From contig CP051526.1 in the NCBI GenBank assembly GCA_050916045.1, positions 1,440,001 to 1,504,000 of the forward strand: DNA of 64,000 bases. Reading direction: 5' to 3'. The notes under the pieces were generated by a model. It did no database searches. It saw only the letters and a program-made list of their open reading frames with translations, and was not told where the DNA came from. How positions within the stretch are numbered: the first letter of the stretch is position 1; each line of letters starts with the position of its first letter. This document shows, piece after piece, positions 29,774 through 40,325 of the stretch. The stretch comes from Tepidisphaera sp. (GTDB lineage Bacteria; Planctomycetota; Phycisphaerae; Phycisphaerales; UBA1924). A program made the position numbers and the translations under genes.

Positions 29774-32247
29774 GTGCGTCAGTCACGGCTCAAGAAGATC
29801 TTCCTCGAAGCGGCGGCCTTGCCCGAATCGGACCGCTTGCCCATGCTCGAACGCGAGTGTGCCGGGGATCGCGCGCTCCTGGCGGATGCAGGGGCCCTCT
29901 TGGCGTCTGACATCCGAGGGGACAGGAGTGGGGAAGAAGGCGAGCTGACGCGGTGGCTGGCCGGGGCGATTCCCGATCATGCATGGGATGAACTCTCGGG
30001 TTTGGGCGACACACGCCCGCCGATACAGCCCCGCCAACTCCGCACGAGCGACATGGTGGGCAAGTACACCATCACACGCACACTCGGCTCGGGAGGCTCT
30101 TCGTCGGTGTACGAGGCGGTCCGCCCGGGGCTTGACCGACCGGTCGCGCTCAAGGTCATGCACCACGCTCTGGCCAGCGATCACGACCGGTGGCGGTTCG
30201 AACACGAGGTGCGGGCGCTGTCGCGGCTCGAACACCCGTCGGTTGCGAGCGTGCTGGATTTCGGGATCGCACAGGACGAAAGGCCCTTCATCGTCACCGA
30301 GCGCATCGGCTCGGGCGGGGGCGAAGGGCAGGCCGTACCTTTCGCGCGGGCGGCAAAGCCGCTCAGCATCCCCGCGCGGCTCTCGATGATTCTCACGCTC
30401 TGCGACGCGGTGTCGCATGCGCACCAGCGCGGCGTCATCCACCGCGATCTCAAGTCCGCCAACGTGCTCGTCGCCACCGACGAGAACGGCACGCGCCGCC
30501 CTGTCATCGTCGACTTCGGCATCGCGCGCTCCTTCACGCCCTCTGGCAAGGGCGAGCCGCGACTCGCGAGCCACAAACGTGGAGAGAATGACGCTGCGGA
30601 GGCACAGTCCTCTCCGCACCCGTCCGATCCGTCGGCCGCGGTCCGCGGCCCGCGTGAGTTCTTCCCCCCTCGTCCCACGATCTACACCACGCCCGGACTC
30701 GTAATCGGCACCGTGGGCACGATGGCGCCCGAGCAGGCCTCGGGCGACCCCGACGCGGTGGACACACGCACCGACGTCTGGGGGCTTGGCGTGCTGTTGT
30801 TCGAGTCGCTCACGGGCGAGTTGCCGCATGGGATGCCCGGCCCCGGCCCGGGGGGGATGGCGTCGTGGCTTTCACGCGTGCAGCAGGCCGAGTGCAGGCG
30901 CGTGCGTAGCCTGGACCCGACGATCGCGCCGGATCTGGACGCGATCGTGAGCAAAGCGTTGTCGAGCGAGCGCGAGGGCCGTTACGTCTCCGCCGCCGCC
31001 CTGGCGCAGGACCTCAGGCGTTACCTCGCGGGCGAACCAACGCTTGCCCGCCCGGTGACCGCGCTCGAACGGGCATGGAAATGGACCCGGCGGCACAAGA
31101 AATCAGTCGCGACGGGTGCGGCTGTGCTGGTGATGGCGGCGGCCGCGGTGGATGCGACGGTGCGGGCGATCAGCGCGGAGCGGCGCGAACGGGACAGCCT
31201 CGTCGAGTCCTACTCGTACCTGCTCGACGGCCTCGTGACTGATGCCGTGACCAAGACGGCGACCCGAGATTTCCGTCGGCGTATCGCTGGCGATGCCGTC
31301 GAAGGCCTCGGGCGTGTGATCATGGAGCATCCGGACGACCACGGGCTCGCCGCTCTCTACGCCAAGGCACTCCAAAGCCTCGGCGTCTCAGCACCGAAGA
31401 TGGCGACCTCTCTTCGGCGCTCGTCGCCCAGAAGCGGTCACTCCGAGCATGGGACGAAGTCTTGAGGCTTGGACCAAAGACCCTCGACCATCGTCGCGCC
31501 GCCGCGACACAGCGTGTTCGGATCGGCGATGTCTTGCTCAGGCAAGGAGACTTCGCCGCGGCCAAAGCTCATTACACGCGATCACAGCGCGAGTACGAGG
31601 TCCTCCTCGAAGAATCGCCCGATCACGAGGGGCTTCTCGACGACCTGGCGTGGGGCTGCGAACGGCTGATCGCGATGAACGGCGACGATCCGCTCGTTCG
31701 CAGCTCGCTGTTGACTCAGCGTCTTGACTACTGCCGCAGGGTGGTGCGGATCGTCGGCGAGGGAAAGCGAGCCATCGGCGCCCGTCACAGCCTCGCGGAC
31801 GCTCTCGTCCAACTCTCGGTGAACACCAGCGACAGGGACCTGCATCGCGGCCTCGTCGACGAAGCGATCGTGCACACACGCGCGATCACTGCGGTCGAGC
31901 CGAACAACCGGTTCTTCCAGCGAGTTCATACGCTGACGTTGATCGCCATGGCGCGTTCTTCGCTTCTCGCCGGAGATGTCGATCGGGCGATCGACGGTGC
32001 TTTCGTGGCTTTGGCACACGCCGAGGAACGATTGGCGATCGATTCCGCGGACCCGGCGGCGCAGACCGCGCTCGCGGCGGTCGGGAGTTCCGCGATGCAC
32101 TGGTTCACGAACGCCGAACGCGTCGAGGTATCCCGGACGTTTGCGGCAAGGATCATCGACCGACTCGGCTCGAGCACCGTCAGTGACCCGGACGTCGGCT
32201 ACGCGCTCGCGTCGGCGAGAACGCTCCTGGGATTGCCGCCGAGATGA
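29774..32247 (+). pseudogene. Ser/Thr protein kinase-TM-TPR protein interrupted by a 1-nt frameshift near 31385 (real lesion or sequencing error)
   Basis: Kinase motifs VALKV, HRDLKSANV, DFGIAR, MAPEQ, DVWGLGV. Adding one base in CTCGGCG^TCTCAGC joins ORFs 29774..31465 and 31462..32247 into a continuous TPR-like region. Confidence 0.8.
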
Positions 32248-32319
32248 GCGGGTCGGGGGCGATGCGCGGCTGGAAGGGGATGGATTTGCCGCCGACGCGG
32301 CTTCGAGATCACGCGCACG

Positions 32320-32385
32320 TTGGACGAACGAAGCTTGGACGAACGGAGCGTGGACGTATGAAGCTTGGACGAACGGAGCGTGGAC
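32320..32385. repeat. 15-bp tandem repeat, about 4.5 units
   Basis: TTGGACGAACGAAGC / TTGGACGAACGGAGC / GTGGACGTATGAAGC / TTGGACGAACGGAGC / GTGGAC. Confidence 0.9.
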
Positions 32386-32427
32386 AAAAAAAAGACCGGC
32401 CCGCCCGCTTGCGCGAACGGGCCGATC
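32386..32427 (-). terminator. Intrinsic terminator of the minus-strand gene ending at 32498
   Basis: A8 run followed by the GACCGGCCCG...CGGGCCGATC stem, which reads as a hairpin plus U8 on the minus strand. Confidence 0.7.
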
Positions 32428-32497
32428 GTGTTGGCTCAGCCGACGGCCCCCGCCGGCCCCATCCGAGAGGAGTATCCCGCCGGCCGGACGCCTTGGG

Positions 32498-35400
32498 TTA
32501 GCAGCCGGTCTCGAAAGCCAGGACGTACTCGTCGTAGTCGAAGAAGTCGGTGAACTCGTCACCGTTGAAGTCCGCGGTCTTTCCGGGCGGGCAGATGCCG
32601 GTCTCAAAGCACGCGACATACTCGTCGTAGTCGAAGAAGTCGAGGAACTGGTCCCCGTTGAAGTCGGCAGGACAGGTGGGGGCGGCAATCCGGCTGAATG
32701 ATGCCTGCGGGACAACCTGGTCGACGATGCCGCTCGATGAGACTCGCAGTTGGATGCCACCGCCGTAGCCGCCGTGGTCGGTGTAGTCGACGCGGATGGG
32801 ATAGATCCCTGGCGACAGCGTCCGCGAGAAAGTGTGGCTCTGACCAAAGTTGCTCCACACGTTGATGACCTCTTCGCCATTGAACCGAACGATCGCGCCG
32901 TCGTCTACAAGCAAGGTAAACGTGTACGTTGCCTCGTCGGGCAGTGCGACCGTCCCTTCAAAGCGGAGTTGCCCCGGATCGCCCGCCAACGGGATGTCGA
33001 TGTTGGGAAGTTGGAAGCGGTCCATCACATGGAACGTACTCAGGTCCACCGCTTCGTTTGTATACACGTACGGCGTCGTATCGTAGTAATCGACGTCGAC
33101 CGGGCCGGCCAAAGCGCTGTCGGGCATGATCTGAAACGGGATCCCGGGGCCTTGCCAGTCCAGCCTCATCACCCGCGGGCCTCCAGCATCCTGCAGGCCG
33201 TAATCAAGCCGAACGTCATGCACGCCCGCGCTCAACTGCACCGGCTCGGCGATGCTGTAAGCGTATCGCTGGAACCGCGAAACCGGGTCGCCGTCGATCC
33301 ACAACGAGCCCCACGTATCAGCCGGGTTGAACCAGAAGCGATATACGCCGGTCGTCGGAATCGTGATCTGCCCGACGGACTTTGCGGCCACGTTGTCGGT
33401 TCGGCCGGTCAGCACCGAGATGTCCTGATTGCCGAACATCTGGAGTGTGGTTCGTTGAGCAGAGAGAAACGGCGTGAGAAGATCGAGTTCGGGCACTCCG
33501 CGCCCATATCGATTGACCGCGATCCCCGGCAGAGGCGCCGGCGTGCCGGGCAAGGGGCGAACGGTCACTCCGACGCTGTCGCTGAAGCCCGCGTAGTTCG
33601 CACGAATCGTGGTGTTGCCGGGTCCAGTTGCCGTAACGACACCTTCGGCGTTTACCGTAGCGATGCTCGGATTGTCACTCGTCCAAGTGACCGAGCTCGT
33701 GACTTGTTGAGATGGAGAAATGACGTAGCTGGCAACCGCGTTCAACGGCGCCGAATTGAACCCCTCCGCAACGGCGACGTTCGTCTGCGCAATATCAACC
33801 CCCGTCACACCGTCAACGACAAGCTGAACTGCGTTCGACAGGTACCTCGCAACGAAGGCCTTGCCGCCGCCCAGATCGGTGCCGGTGATGCTGGCGAACT
33901 GGCCGCTGACGCTCCCGGCGGTCAGGACATCGAACGTCTGACCGATGGTCGGAGCAAAGCCATTAACGAGGGAGAGGGCGAGCGTGCCGTTGAGAGACGC
34001 GCCGTTCGCAACGGTGAGCCTGTCATGCTGAGTCCCAGCGGCAGTGCCGCCGATCTGAATCTCCAGGCGTCCGCCGGTCGAGATACCGGTCAGGCCAAGG
34101 GTACCGATAGGAAGACCGGGCTGGATCGTTCCAGACACGGATACGAATCCGTCGACGGTTCCCGAGCCTCGAAGGACTCCGTTATTGTTGACCGGCATGT
34201 AGTCGAGGCAGAATGCGGTTCCGCCGTTCAGTGTGAGGATGCCCAGGTCAGGAACTGGTTGATTGCCGCCGAGATCGATGCGACCCGTCGCGAAGATGTA
34301 GGATCCATCGCCGACGACGATCTCCGCAGGCTTGGATTGGGTGCCGCGAATCGCGATGCCGCCACCCGCCTCGACGAACCCGCCGGAGTTGACCGTGAGA
34401 GTGGAACCCTCGTAAACCTCAACCCAATCGGTGGTAAACACCATGGAGTCGCCGGTCACGGTCGCGGCCGCCGTCGAACCGTTGCCCGCGTTCATCCAGA
34501 GTGAGCCGAGTGTTGCGGTGGCGCCGTTCGTGAGGTTGAAGGTGCCGGTGGTGTTGCCGTTTCCTCCGATGTGGAGGCGGTATGGTGATACAAACGCGGA
34601 GTCTGTTCCGCTGACCGTGAGCGATCCCGTGCCCTGGTCGCCAACAAAGGCGTTGTTGCGGACGGTGAACTTGCCTCCCTGATCCACAAGTCCGGTCGAG
34701 CCACTGCGGAAGTAGGTCGCACCGCCTGTATTCGGGTAATCTCCACACACGAGCTCCGAATCGGTCCCTCGAACCAGCACTGACTTGGGAGTTGGCGTCG
34801 TGCAACACCCCATGAGAAACTGACTGAGTACCGTCATATTGGCACCGTTGAGCACTTGCAGCTCACTGCTCCCCCGCGCCGACTCGAAGTCGTTCAGCAG
34901 AACGCTCGATCCCGATCCGGAAACCGTAAGGGCTGTACTCGACAACTCGGTTTCGGACATGAGGAACCAAGTGCCGCCGAAGTGTGCTCCGGCTTCAACA
35001 CGAACCGATGTACTTCCTTCCGTGCAAGCGAACCGACCGCCGCCGCCAGTTGCGAAGTTAAGTTGCGATCCCTCGCCCGTCACGACGATGGTACGAACCG
35101 TGCCGGAAACCCAGGACGACATGTCGCCGCTGACATTGACGCGGCCGCCACCCGCGATACTGATGGTGCCTTGCCCGCCGCCGTAGGATTGCAGCGATCC
35201 TGCTGAGAGTGTTGTGCCCAAGCCGCTCACCGTCAGCGATGCGACATTGGCCGCGTTGTCTCCGCCGGGAACGCTCAGCTGACCGGTCACCGTTGCGGTC
35301 GCCCCTCCTTCCACGCGAACGTCCGCTGTTCCGCCGGCGAGTGCCGCGCGAAGAGTCGGCGTTGTCATCGTCGCCCCGTCAAGCAGGCGCAGTATCCCTG

Positions 35401-36055
35401 TGCCCGCTCGACCAACCCACGTTTCATTCTGGACTTGGGTCAGAGACGACCCAACGCCCGTGATCGTCAAAGTACCGACCGAGCCGACGTTATTGCCGAG
35501 TGTCGGACTCCAATCGGTAGAGACCGAAACATCGCCTCCGCCTTGGACCGTCACCGTTCCTGTGCCGCTGAAGCCAATATCGCAAAGCCCGTTCAGCACG
35601 CCGCCATCCACGATCAGCGTCCCCGTCTGTCCCGCGTTGTTTCCGACGTAGAGCCTTCCCCCGCCCGCCCGCGTGTTCAGCGTGCCGTTGGTCAACGTTA
35701 GAAGCGGCCCGTTCGTCCCGCCGATGAGCGTGTCTCCCGTCACGTTGTACGTGAACCCGCCGAGGTTGAATGTCGGCCGCATGTTGCTGACCGTCAGCCC
35801 CGCCGTCGTCGTGTTGCCCGTGAACGTCACCGTGAACGGGCTCACGCTCGAGTTCAGCCCAAAGGCCGCGGGGTTGCCCGCTCCCGGCGCGACGTTGCCC
35901 ACCCAGTTCGTCCCCGTGCTGAAGGTCCCGTTCGCCGCCGTCCGCCACGTCCTGGTCTGGGCGAACGCCTCGCCGACCCCAACCCCGCCCAGACCCGCCG
36001 TCAAGCCGACCGCCATCCCCGCCGTACCCATCAACGACGCCGCTCTCGTGCGCAT
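32498..36055 (-). CDS. Large secreted adhesin-like protein: autotransporter-type beta-strand repeats, Big_2 Ig domain, two PA14-like domains and a dockerin-like GC tail
   Basis: Repeats such as VGDQGTGSLTVSGTDS; HDRLTVANGASLNGTLAL; VTWTSDNPSIATVNAEGVVTA (Big_2); VDDGAIVRFNG (PA14); tail ends ...FETGC. GAGGAG RBS before 36055. Confidence 0.9.
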   Translation of the reverse strand: MRTRAASLMGTAGMAVGLTAGLGGVGVGEAFAQTRTWRTAANGTFSTGTNWVGNVAPGAGNPAAFGLNSSVSPFTVTFTGNTTTAGLTVSNMRPTFNLGGFTYNVTGDTLIGGTNGPLLTLTNGTLNTRAGGGRLYVGNNAGQTGTLIVDGGVLNGLCDIGFSGTGTVTVQGGGDVSVSTDWSPTLGNNVGSVGTLTITGVGSSLTQVQNETWVGRAGTGILRLLDGATMTTPTLRAALAGGTADVRVEGGATATVTGQLSVPGGDNAANVASLTVSGLGTTLSAGSLQSYGGGQGTISIAGGGRVNVSGDMSSWVSGTVRTIVVTGEGSQLNFATGGGGRFACTEGSTSVRVEAGAHFGGTWFLMSETELSSTALTVSGSGSSVLLNDFESARGSSELQVLNGANMTVLSQFLMGCCTTPTPKSVLVRGTDSELVCGDYPNTGGATYFRSGSTGLVDQGGKFTVRNNAFVGDQGTGSLTVSGTDSAFVSPYRLHIGGNGNTTGTFNLTNGATATLGSLWMNAGNGSTAAATVTGDSMVFTTDWVEVYEGSTLTVNSGGFVEAGGGIAIRGTQSKPAEIVVGDGSYIFATGRIDLGGNQPVPDLGILTLNGGTAFCLDYMPVNNNGVLRGSGTVDGFVSVSGTIQPGLPIGTLGLTGISTGGRLEIQIGGTAAGTQHDRLTVANGASLNGTLALSLVNGFAPTIGQTFDVLTAGSVSGQFASITGTDLGGGKAFVARYLSNAVQLVVDGVTGVDIAQTNVAVAEGFNSAPLNAVASYVISPSQQVTSSVTWTSDNPSIATVNAEGVVTATGPGNTTIRANYAGFSDSVGVTVRPLPGTPAPLPGIAVNRYGRGVPELDLLTPFLSAQRTTLQMFGNQDISVLTGRTDNVAAKSVGQITIPTTGVYRFWFNPADTWGSLWIDGDPVSRFQRYAYSIAEPVQLSAGVHDVRLDYGLQDAGGPRVMRLDWQGPGIPFQIMPDSALAGPVDVDYYDTTPYVYTNEAVDLSTFHVMDRFQLPNIDIPLAGDPGQLRFEGTVALPDEATYTFTLLVDDGAIVRFNGEEVINVWSNFGQSHTFSRTLSPGIYPIRVDYTDHGGYGGGIQLRVSSSGIVDQVVPQASFSRIAAPTCPADFNGDQFLDFFDYDEYVACFETGICPPGKTADFNGDEFTDFFDYDEYVLAFETGC

Positions 36056-36466
36056 GCGACACTCCTCACGGAGGGACCGTGCGTACCACGTCTTGCTTGG
36101 GGCCAACACAGCCCTGCACCAGACCTTCTTCGCAGCGACCCTCCGTCCCCCACGCGCAAACCGTGGAGCCGGACCTTGGCGAATCTTCAAAATTTTTTTG
36201 GAGGTGGAAAGGAGACCCCTTCGGGAACGGCTTCCTCTCCGGCACGGGGATCATCGCATCGAGCAGCCGGGCCCTTGGTTCTACTGGGGTATACGCGAAG
36301 AGCGAGCCCCCCAACCCCGAGAGGACGAAGACATCCGTGCCACCCGCCTTGACCGCTCGATGTTCGCCAAATCGTTGGTGGTCCAAGCCGGCGAAGCGGG
36401 GTTCGCGATGATCTGCCCGACGCTGCTGTTGGGGAAGTGTCCCGGCGAGTGGCCGTCCATCGGCGA

Positions 36467-36601
36467 GTGGCACGACCGACAAATGCCACGATGATCCTGC
36501 TTCGGGATGGTCGTGGAATGGCGTCCCCGTCGGAAGCGACTCTCCATCCCCGAAGTGAGACCAACCACGACCATCCGGAGGACCGGATGATCGTGGCACC
36601 C
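36467..36601. repeat. Long palindromic REP-like module A, copy 1
   Basis: GTGGCACGACCGA..TGCCACGATGATCC..GGATGGTCGTGG...CCACGACCATCCGGAGGACCGGATGATCGTGGCACCC; close copy at 37482-37615. Confidence 0.9.
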
Positions 36602-36710
36602 TGCCTTCGGTTAGACTGGGCGGAACGCTAACGAGGGACACCCGCTCAACCAGACAGGAGAATCACCGTCGTGCCACCCGCCCACCCGCTTGAATGACTA
36701 AGGTGGAGAC

Positions 36711-37331
36711 ATGACGAGGCGAAAGCACGCCGAAGCCCTTCCGTTCTACTGGTTCAGTTCGGGTAGCACTCGGACAGTGCGAAGAATGGTCATTTCTGCT
36801 CGTGAGGATGATTCACTAACGCAGTTTTTCTGGGGCTTATACGACACCTACGTGAGTACCGGTCAGGTCTCGTTCCCCGCGGCATCCGCCCGCCCGACGT
36901 TCGATCTCTTCGCCGACAGCGATCAGTACATCGAAGACATGCCGTGGTTCACGAGTGGGGAGCTCGTGTCGAGTCGACTCAGAGACTTGCTGATGCGCCT
37001 AGAACCCGATCGGTTCTTCGTCTGCGACACTCGTATCCTCTACCAAGATTCGATCTGGTTGGATCGCGGGCAGTACTTCATGGTGTTCGCCACGAACGTC
37101 GTCAAGTGTCACGATCAGGCTCGTACCACATGGAGACGCGGGATCAAACGACATTTGGCCGACAAGTTCTTCCTTGACCCCGAACAAGTTCCTTCAGATA
37201 CGCATCTCTTCCGAGCGTTCGGGCGTGAGTCAAAGACCATCATTTCTCACAAGGTCCGTGAGGAGATGGATTCTGCCGGAATGAAGGGCTGTTGCTACTT
37301 CCCGCCCGACGATCTTGTTCCATTGTGGTAG
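36711..37331 (+). CDS. Imm11/DUF1629-like immunity protein, with no adjacent toxin
   Basis: LVSSRLRDLL...YFMVFATNVVKCHD...LDPEQVPSDTHLFRA...IISHKVREEMDSAGMKG matches the Imm11 pattern by eye. Codon usage is AT-richer; GGAG RBS. Confidence 0.7.
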   Translation: MTRRKHAEALPFYWFSSGSTRTVRRMVISAREDDSLTQFFWGLYDTYVSTGQVSFPAASARPTFDLFADSDQYIEDMPWFTSGELVSSRLRDLLMRLEPDRFFVCDTRILYQDSIWLDRGQYFMVFATNVVKCHDQARTTWRRGIKRHLADKFFLDPEQVPSDTHLFRAFGRESKTIISHKVREEMDSAGMKGCCYFPPDDLVPLW

Positions 37332-37481
37332 GTGCGGAATTCAGTATGCGGCGGATGGCACCGAACTCCGGAAGTGACCACAACCCGTGGCATCGGAGTC
37401 GCTTCGACTTCGATGCTCTTGGCACGACGAGCGTCCCACCATCGAAGTCATCCCAAGAGGCTGATTTCGACGGCACGGCGC

Positions 37482-37615
37482 GTGGCACGACCGATGCGTG
37501 CCACGATCATCCCGTTTCGGGATGGTCGTGGGGGGCGTTCCTGCCGGAGCAGACTCTCCATCTTCCAAGTGAGACCAACCACGACCATCCGGAGGACCGG
37601 ATGATCGTGGCACCC
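37482..37615. repeat. Long palindromic REP-like module A, copy 2
   Basis: Shares the identical 3' block AAGTGAGACCAACCACGACCATCCGGAGGACCGGATGATCGTGGCACCC with 36467-36601. Confidence 0.9.
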
Positions 37616-37720
37616 GGCGGTTGGCACTACCGAGTCCAGCTCCAGCGGGCGTCCGCGGAAGGGACGCGGCGTCGAATGCATGGCATGCGCGGATGCCACC
37701 ATCCCTCCGCTTCGGAGCGT

Positions 37721-37809
37721 GGTGGCACCCGAGGTTCCCTGTATACTGCGAGCGGGACGCGTTGTTCGGAGGTTCTGCGGAGGAACGACGATGGGGAGTG
37801 CCACCCGCC
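37721..37809 (+). repeat. 89-bp pre-gene module B, copy 1
   Basis: GGTGGCACCCGAGGTTCCC.GTATACTG...ACGATGGGGAGTGCCACCCGCC. Confidence 0.92.
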
Positions 37810-37845
37810 TGTCCCACCTCTTGGCTCTTGGTTTGGAGAAGTACC

Positions 37846-39510
37846 GTGATCACATCCTCCAGGAACATTCAGTCGTTCGCGCTGGCGCTGGCCTTGGTCG
37901 CGCCGGTGTGCTCGTCGCAGGGAACCGGCGATGAGCCCAAGGTCGGTGAGGTCACCGCACACTCCGAGGGGCTGCACGGGTACATCGGGTTCAGCGCGCC
38001 CCCGCCGCCCAAGGACTCTGAGTTTGGCGCGGGGATGGGGTTTTATTCCGCGGTCTGGCCGATGCTCGATCGGCCCATCGCCAACCTGCAGATCGGGCTC
38101 GCGAGCGCGTGGATCCAGCCCAACAACAGCGACAACAAGGATCGGCCGCTCGCGCCCGTGGGCACGCTCGCGCGGACCTGGCCGGAGCGCGGGCCGACGT
38201 GGGACAGCGTTTTCCAGACCGTCGAGGGCGGGCTTGGCTACTGGGCCCGCAATCACTTCCGGTATGGCCCGCCCAAGTTCAGCATGAACGCGACGCCGCA
38301 GTGTTATGACTACGAAGTCGGCTCTCCGGGCTGGTCGTTTTTCTACGACGACCAGGCGCTGCCGGACCATCGCTTGGGCATCGCGCAGCTGAGCAACCGG
38401 CTGTTGATCCCGCCCGATGCGCTCCCCTTTGCTGGCAACCCCAACGGCGAGTTCCTCGGCTACGCCTGGATGGCTTTGCCCTTCACCGATCCCGTCCCGG
38501 CGGCGGACGGAGCCGCGCCGACCGGCGACCAGAGCTGGACCTGCTTCCTGAACGCCTCGAACTTCAAGGGCCCCATCGCGTTCTACATCCCCGAGACCTG
38601 GAGCAAGATCGGAACGCTCTTCAAGGAGCCGTTCTTGCACGGACGCGGGCTGGATGCGCGGGCGGGTACGATGGGCGGCGGCGCGATGGAGATCAACACC
38701 GTGCCGCGGCTCGACGGCACCGACGCCAAGGGCGTGCGCTATTCCAAGATTCCCAGGCTCCAGTTCCCGCTCAATGACAAGGGCGAGTCGATCCTCGTGC
38801 AGGACGTGAAGTACTACTCCAAAGCAGCGCTCTTCGACGCGGTCAAGGCGTGGCGCGATGGCGGGGCGGCGAGTTCGGGGCGGTTTGACGAGAAGGGTGC
38901 CTGGACGTCCACGCTGCGGGCGGAGCCGACGCGGTACCGCCAGGACGGGAAGGTGATGACCGGCATCGACGCGGTGGTGGTCAGCCAGACCTTCGAAGGC
39001 AACGTGTGGGGCGTCGCGTGGCCGGGGAGCACAATCAGCCCCAGGGGTGCCTTCCCGCAGTACTTCAAGCACATCGGCGACGAGCGCGTCGCGATCGCGG
39101 CGGCGGATGTGCCGCCCGAGACGGGACTCCTCAAGGAGGAGTTCGCGCTCGCCGAGCACGGCGCACCCTACACCTCGCCCGCGCACCCGACGCCCACTCC
39201 CGGCGCGTGGACCAAGCCGGGCCCGAAGCCCGGCGTGTTTACCGCAAAGCTGGTGGACGGCTCGACCGTGACGTACGCGTGGTATCGCTTCGTCGATCAG
39301 CCATCGCTCCAGCAGTACGCGTGGAGCCAAGAGAAGAAGGCCAAGGTACAGTCGCTGGTCGAGAAGATGCACCGGGCTTGGCCGATCGACGGGGAGTACA
39401 TGGCGCCGCCCACCCGCGGCACGCTCGTCACGCTCGACCCGGCCTTGCTGGTGACGCCGCCCGCTGGCATGGAGGTCGGCTACGTGCCGATCGTGATCGG
39501 GCAGCGGTGA
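37846..39510 (+). CDS. Hypothetical secreted protein, Trp/Pro/Gly-rich
   Basis: GTG start with a GGAG RBS, signal peptide (FALALALVAPVCSS), 554 aa, strong native codon bias. Confidence 0.85.
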   Translation: MITSSRNIQSFALALALVAPVCSSQGTGDEPKVGEVTAHSEGLHGYIGFSAPPPPKDSEFGAGMGFYSAVWPMLDRPIANLQIGLASAWIQPNNSDNKDRPLAPVGTLARTWPERGPTWDSVFQTVEGGLGYWARNHFRYGPPKFSMNATPQCYDYEVGSPGWSFFYDDQALPDHRLGIAQLSNRLLIPPDALPFAGNPNGEFLGYAWMALPFTDPVPAADGAAPTGDQSWTCFLNASNFKGPIAFYIPETWSKIGTLFKEPFLHGRGLDARAGTMGGGAMEINTVPRLDGTDAKGVRYSKIPRLQFPLNDKGESILVQDVKYYSKAALFDAVKAWRDGGAASSGRFDEKGAWTSTLRAEPTRYRQDGKVMTGIDAVVVSQTFEGNVWGVAWPGSTISPRGAFPQYFKHIGDERVAIAAADVPPETGLLKEEFALAEHGAPYTSPAHPTPTPGAWTKPGPKPGVFTAKLVDGSTVTYAWYRFVDQPSLQQYAWSQEKKAKVQSLVEKMHRAWPIDGEYMAPPTRGTLVTLDPALLVTPPAGMEVGYVPIVIGQR

Positions 39511-39532
39511 GGGAAGGCACCCGGCTCGCGCC

Positions 39533-39601
39533 GGGCGGCACCGATCGTGAGATGAATCCGAGGCGTGCCACCGATCGCCGGTTCCTGCGGGCGGGTGGCA
39601 C
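39533..39601 (+). repeat. Post-gene module C (GGCACCGATCG...GTGCCACCGATCG hairpin), copy 1
   Basis: GGCACCGATCGTGAGATGAATCCGAGGCGTGCCACCGATCGCCGGTTCCT is nearly identical to 42239-42288. Confidence 0.88.
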
Positions 39602-39685
39602 GACTGCTGTATCCGTCGGGGGCGATGAGTCACAAAGCCCAACTTCGATCTCGGGGGAAGCAAGGTCGTGGCACCCGGCAGGGGA

Positions 39686-39774
39686 GGTGGCACCCGAGGT
39701 TCCCGGTATACTGGGAGGGAGACGTGCGGTTCGGAGGCTTGACGGAGCAACGTCGATGGGGAGGGTCACCCGCC
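39686..39774 (+). repeat. 89-bp pre-gene module B, copy 2
   Basis: GGTGGCACCCGAGGTTCCCGGTATACTGGGAGGGAGACGTGC...GGGTCACCCGCC. Confidence 0.92.
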
Positions 39775-39805
39775 AATCACGACCGGTTACCCTGAGGGAG
39801 TGCGA

Positions 39806-40180
39806 ATGCAAACCGATGACAGAATCGCTGCTTCACTCTGGGAACTGGTAGAGATGTGCGAAAGCACAGAATCCTCTCCGCACGGAAGATCTCTCCAAGG
39901 AGTCTTGGCCTCAGATCTGCCCGAAGCCGCGATCGAGTCTCTCGAACGATTGATCGACTCAAGCGGGTCGGATCAGCTCTTTCGACTGCTTGTGCGCCAT
40001 GTGCTATCAGTCTATTTGACGCGACTTGCGGTAGCGATTGACGAGCGGCGCGTATTGGGGAGCGGTACCTTGCACATCGGAGTCACGGGTCCTGGCGACG
40101 AGCAATCGCGTTGTCCGTCGACCGGATCGCTCCATGAGGCGGTCGTTTGGCTTGCCGCTTCTCGCGGTATCGATTTTTAG
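39806..40180 (+). CDS. Small hypothetical helical protein with atypical codon usage
   Basis: MQTDDRIAASLWEL..., 124 aa, GAGGGAG RBS. It fills the space between repeat modules B and C. Confidence 0.65.
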   Translation: MQTDDRIAASLWELVEMCESTESSPHGRSLQGVLASDLPEAAIESLERLIDSSGSDQLFRLLVRHVLSVYLTRLAVAIDERRVLGSGTLHIGVTGPGDEQSRCPSTGSLHEAVVWLAASRGIDF

Positions 40181-40187
40181 GCAGGCC

Positions 40188-40242
40188 GACGGGTGGCACC
40201 GATCGCGGGCTGTGACTCGTGCCACCGATCGGCGGGTGGCAC
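40188..40242 (+). repeat. Post-gene module C variant
   Basis: GACGGGTGGCACCGATCG...CGTGCCACCGATCGGCGGGTGGCAC starts 8 nt after the stop codon. Confidence 0.85.
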
Positions 40243-40325
40243 CCGGCTAGACTGGCTCCGATGCCGGAGCACGAGACGATCAGCCCGAATGTCGAACGCC
40301 TTCGCCCCCACACCCTCACTCGAGC

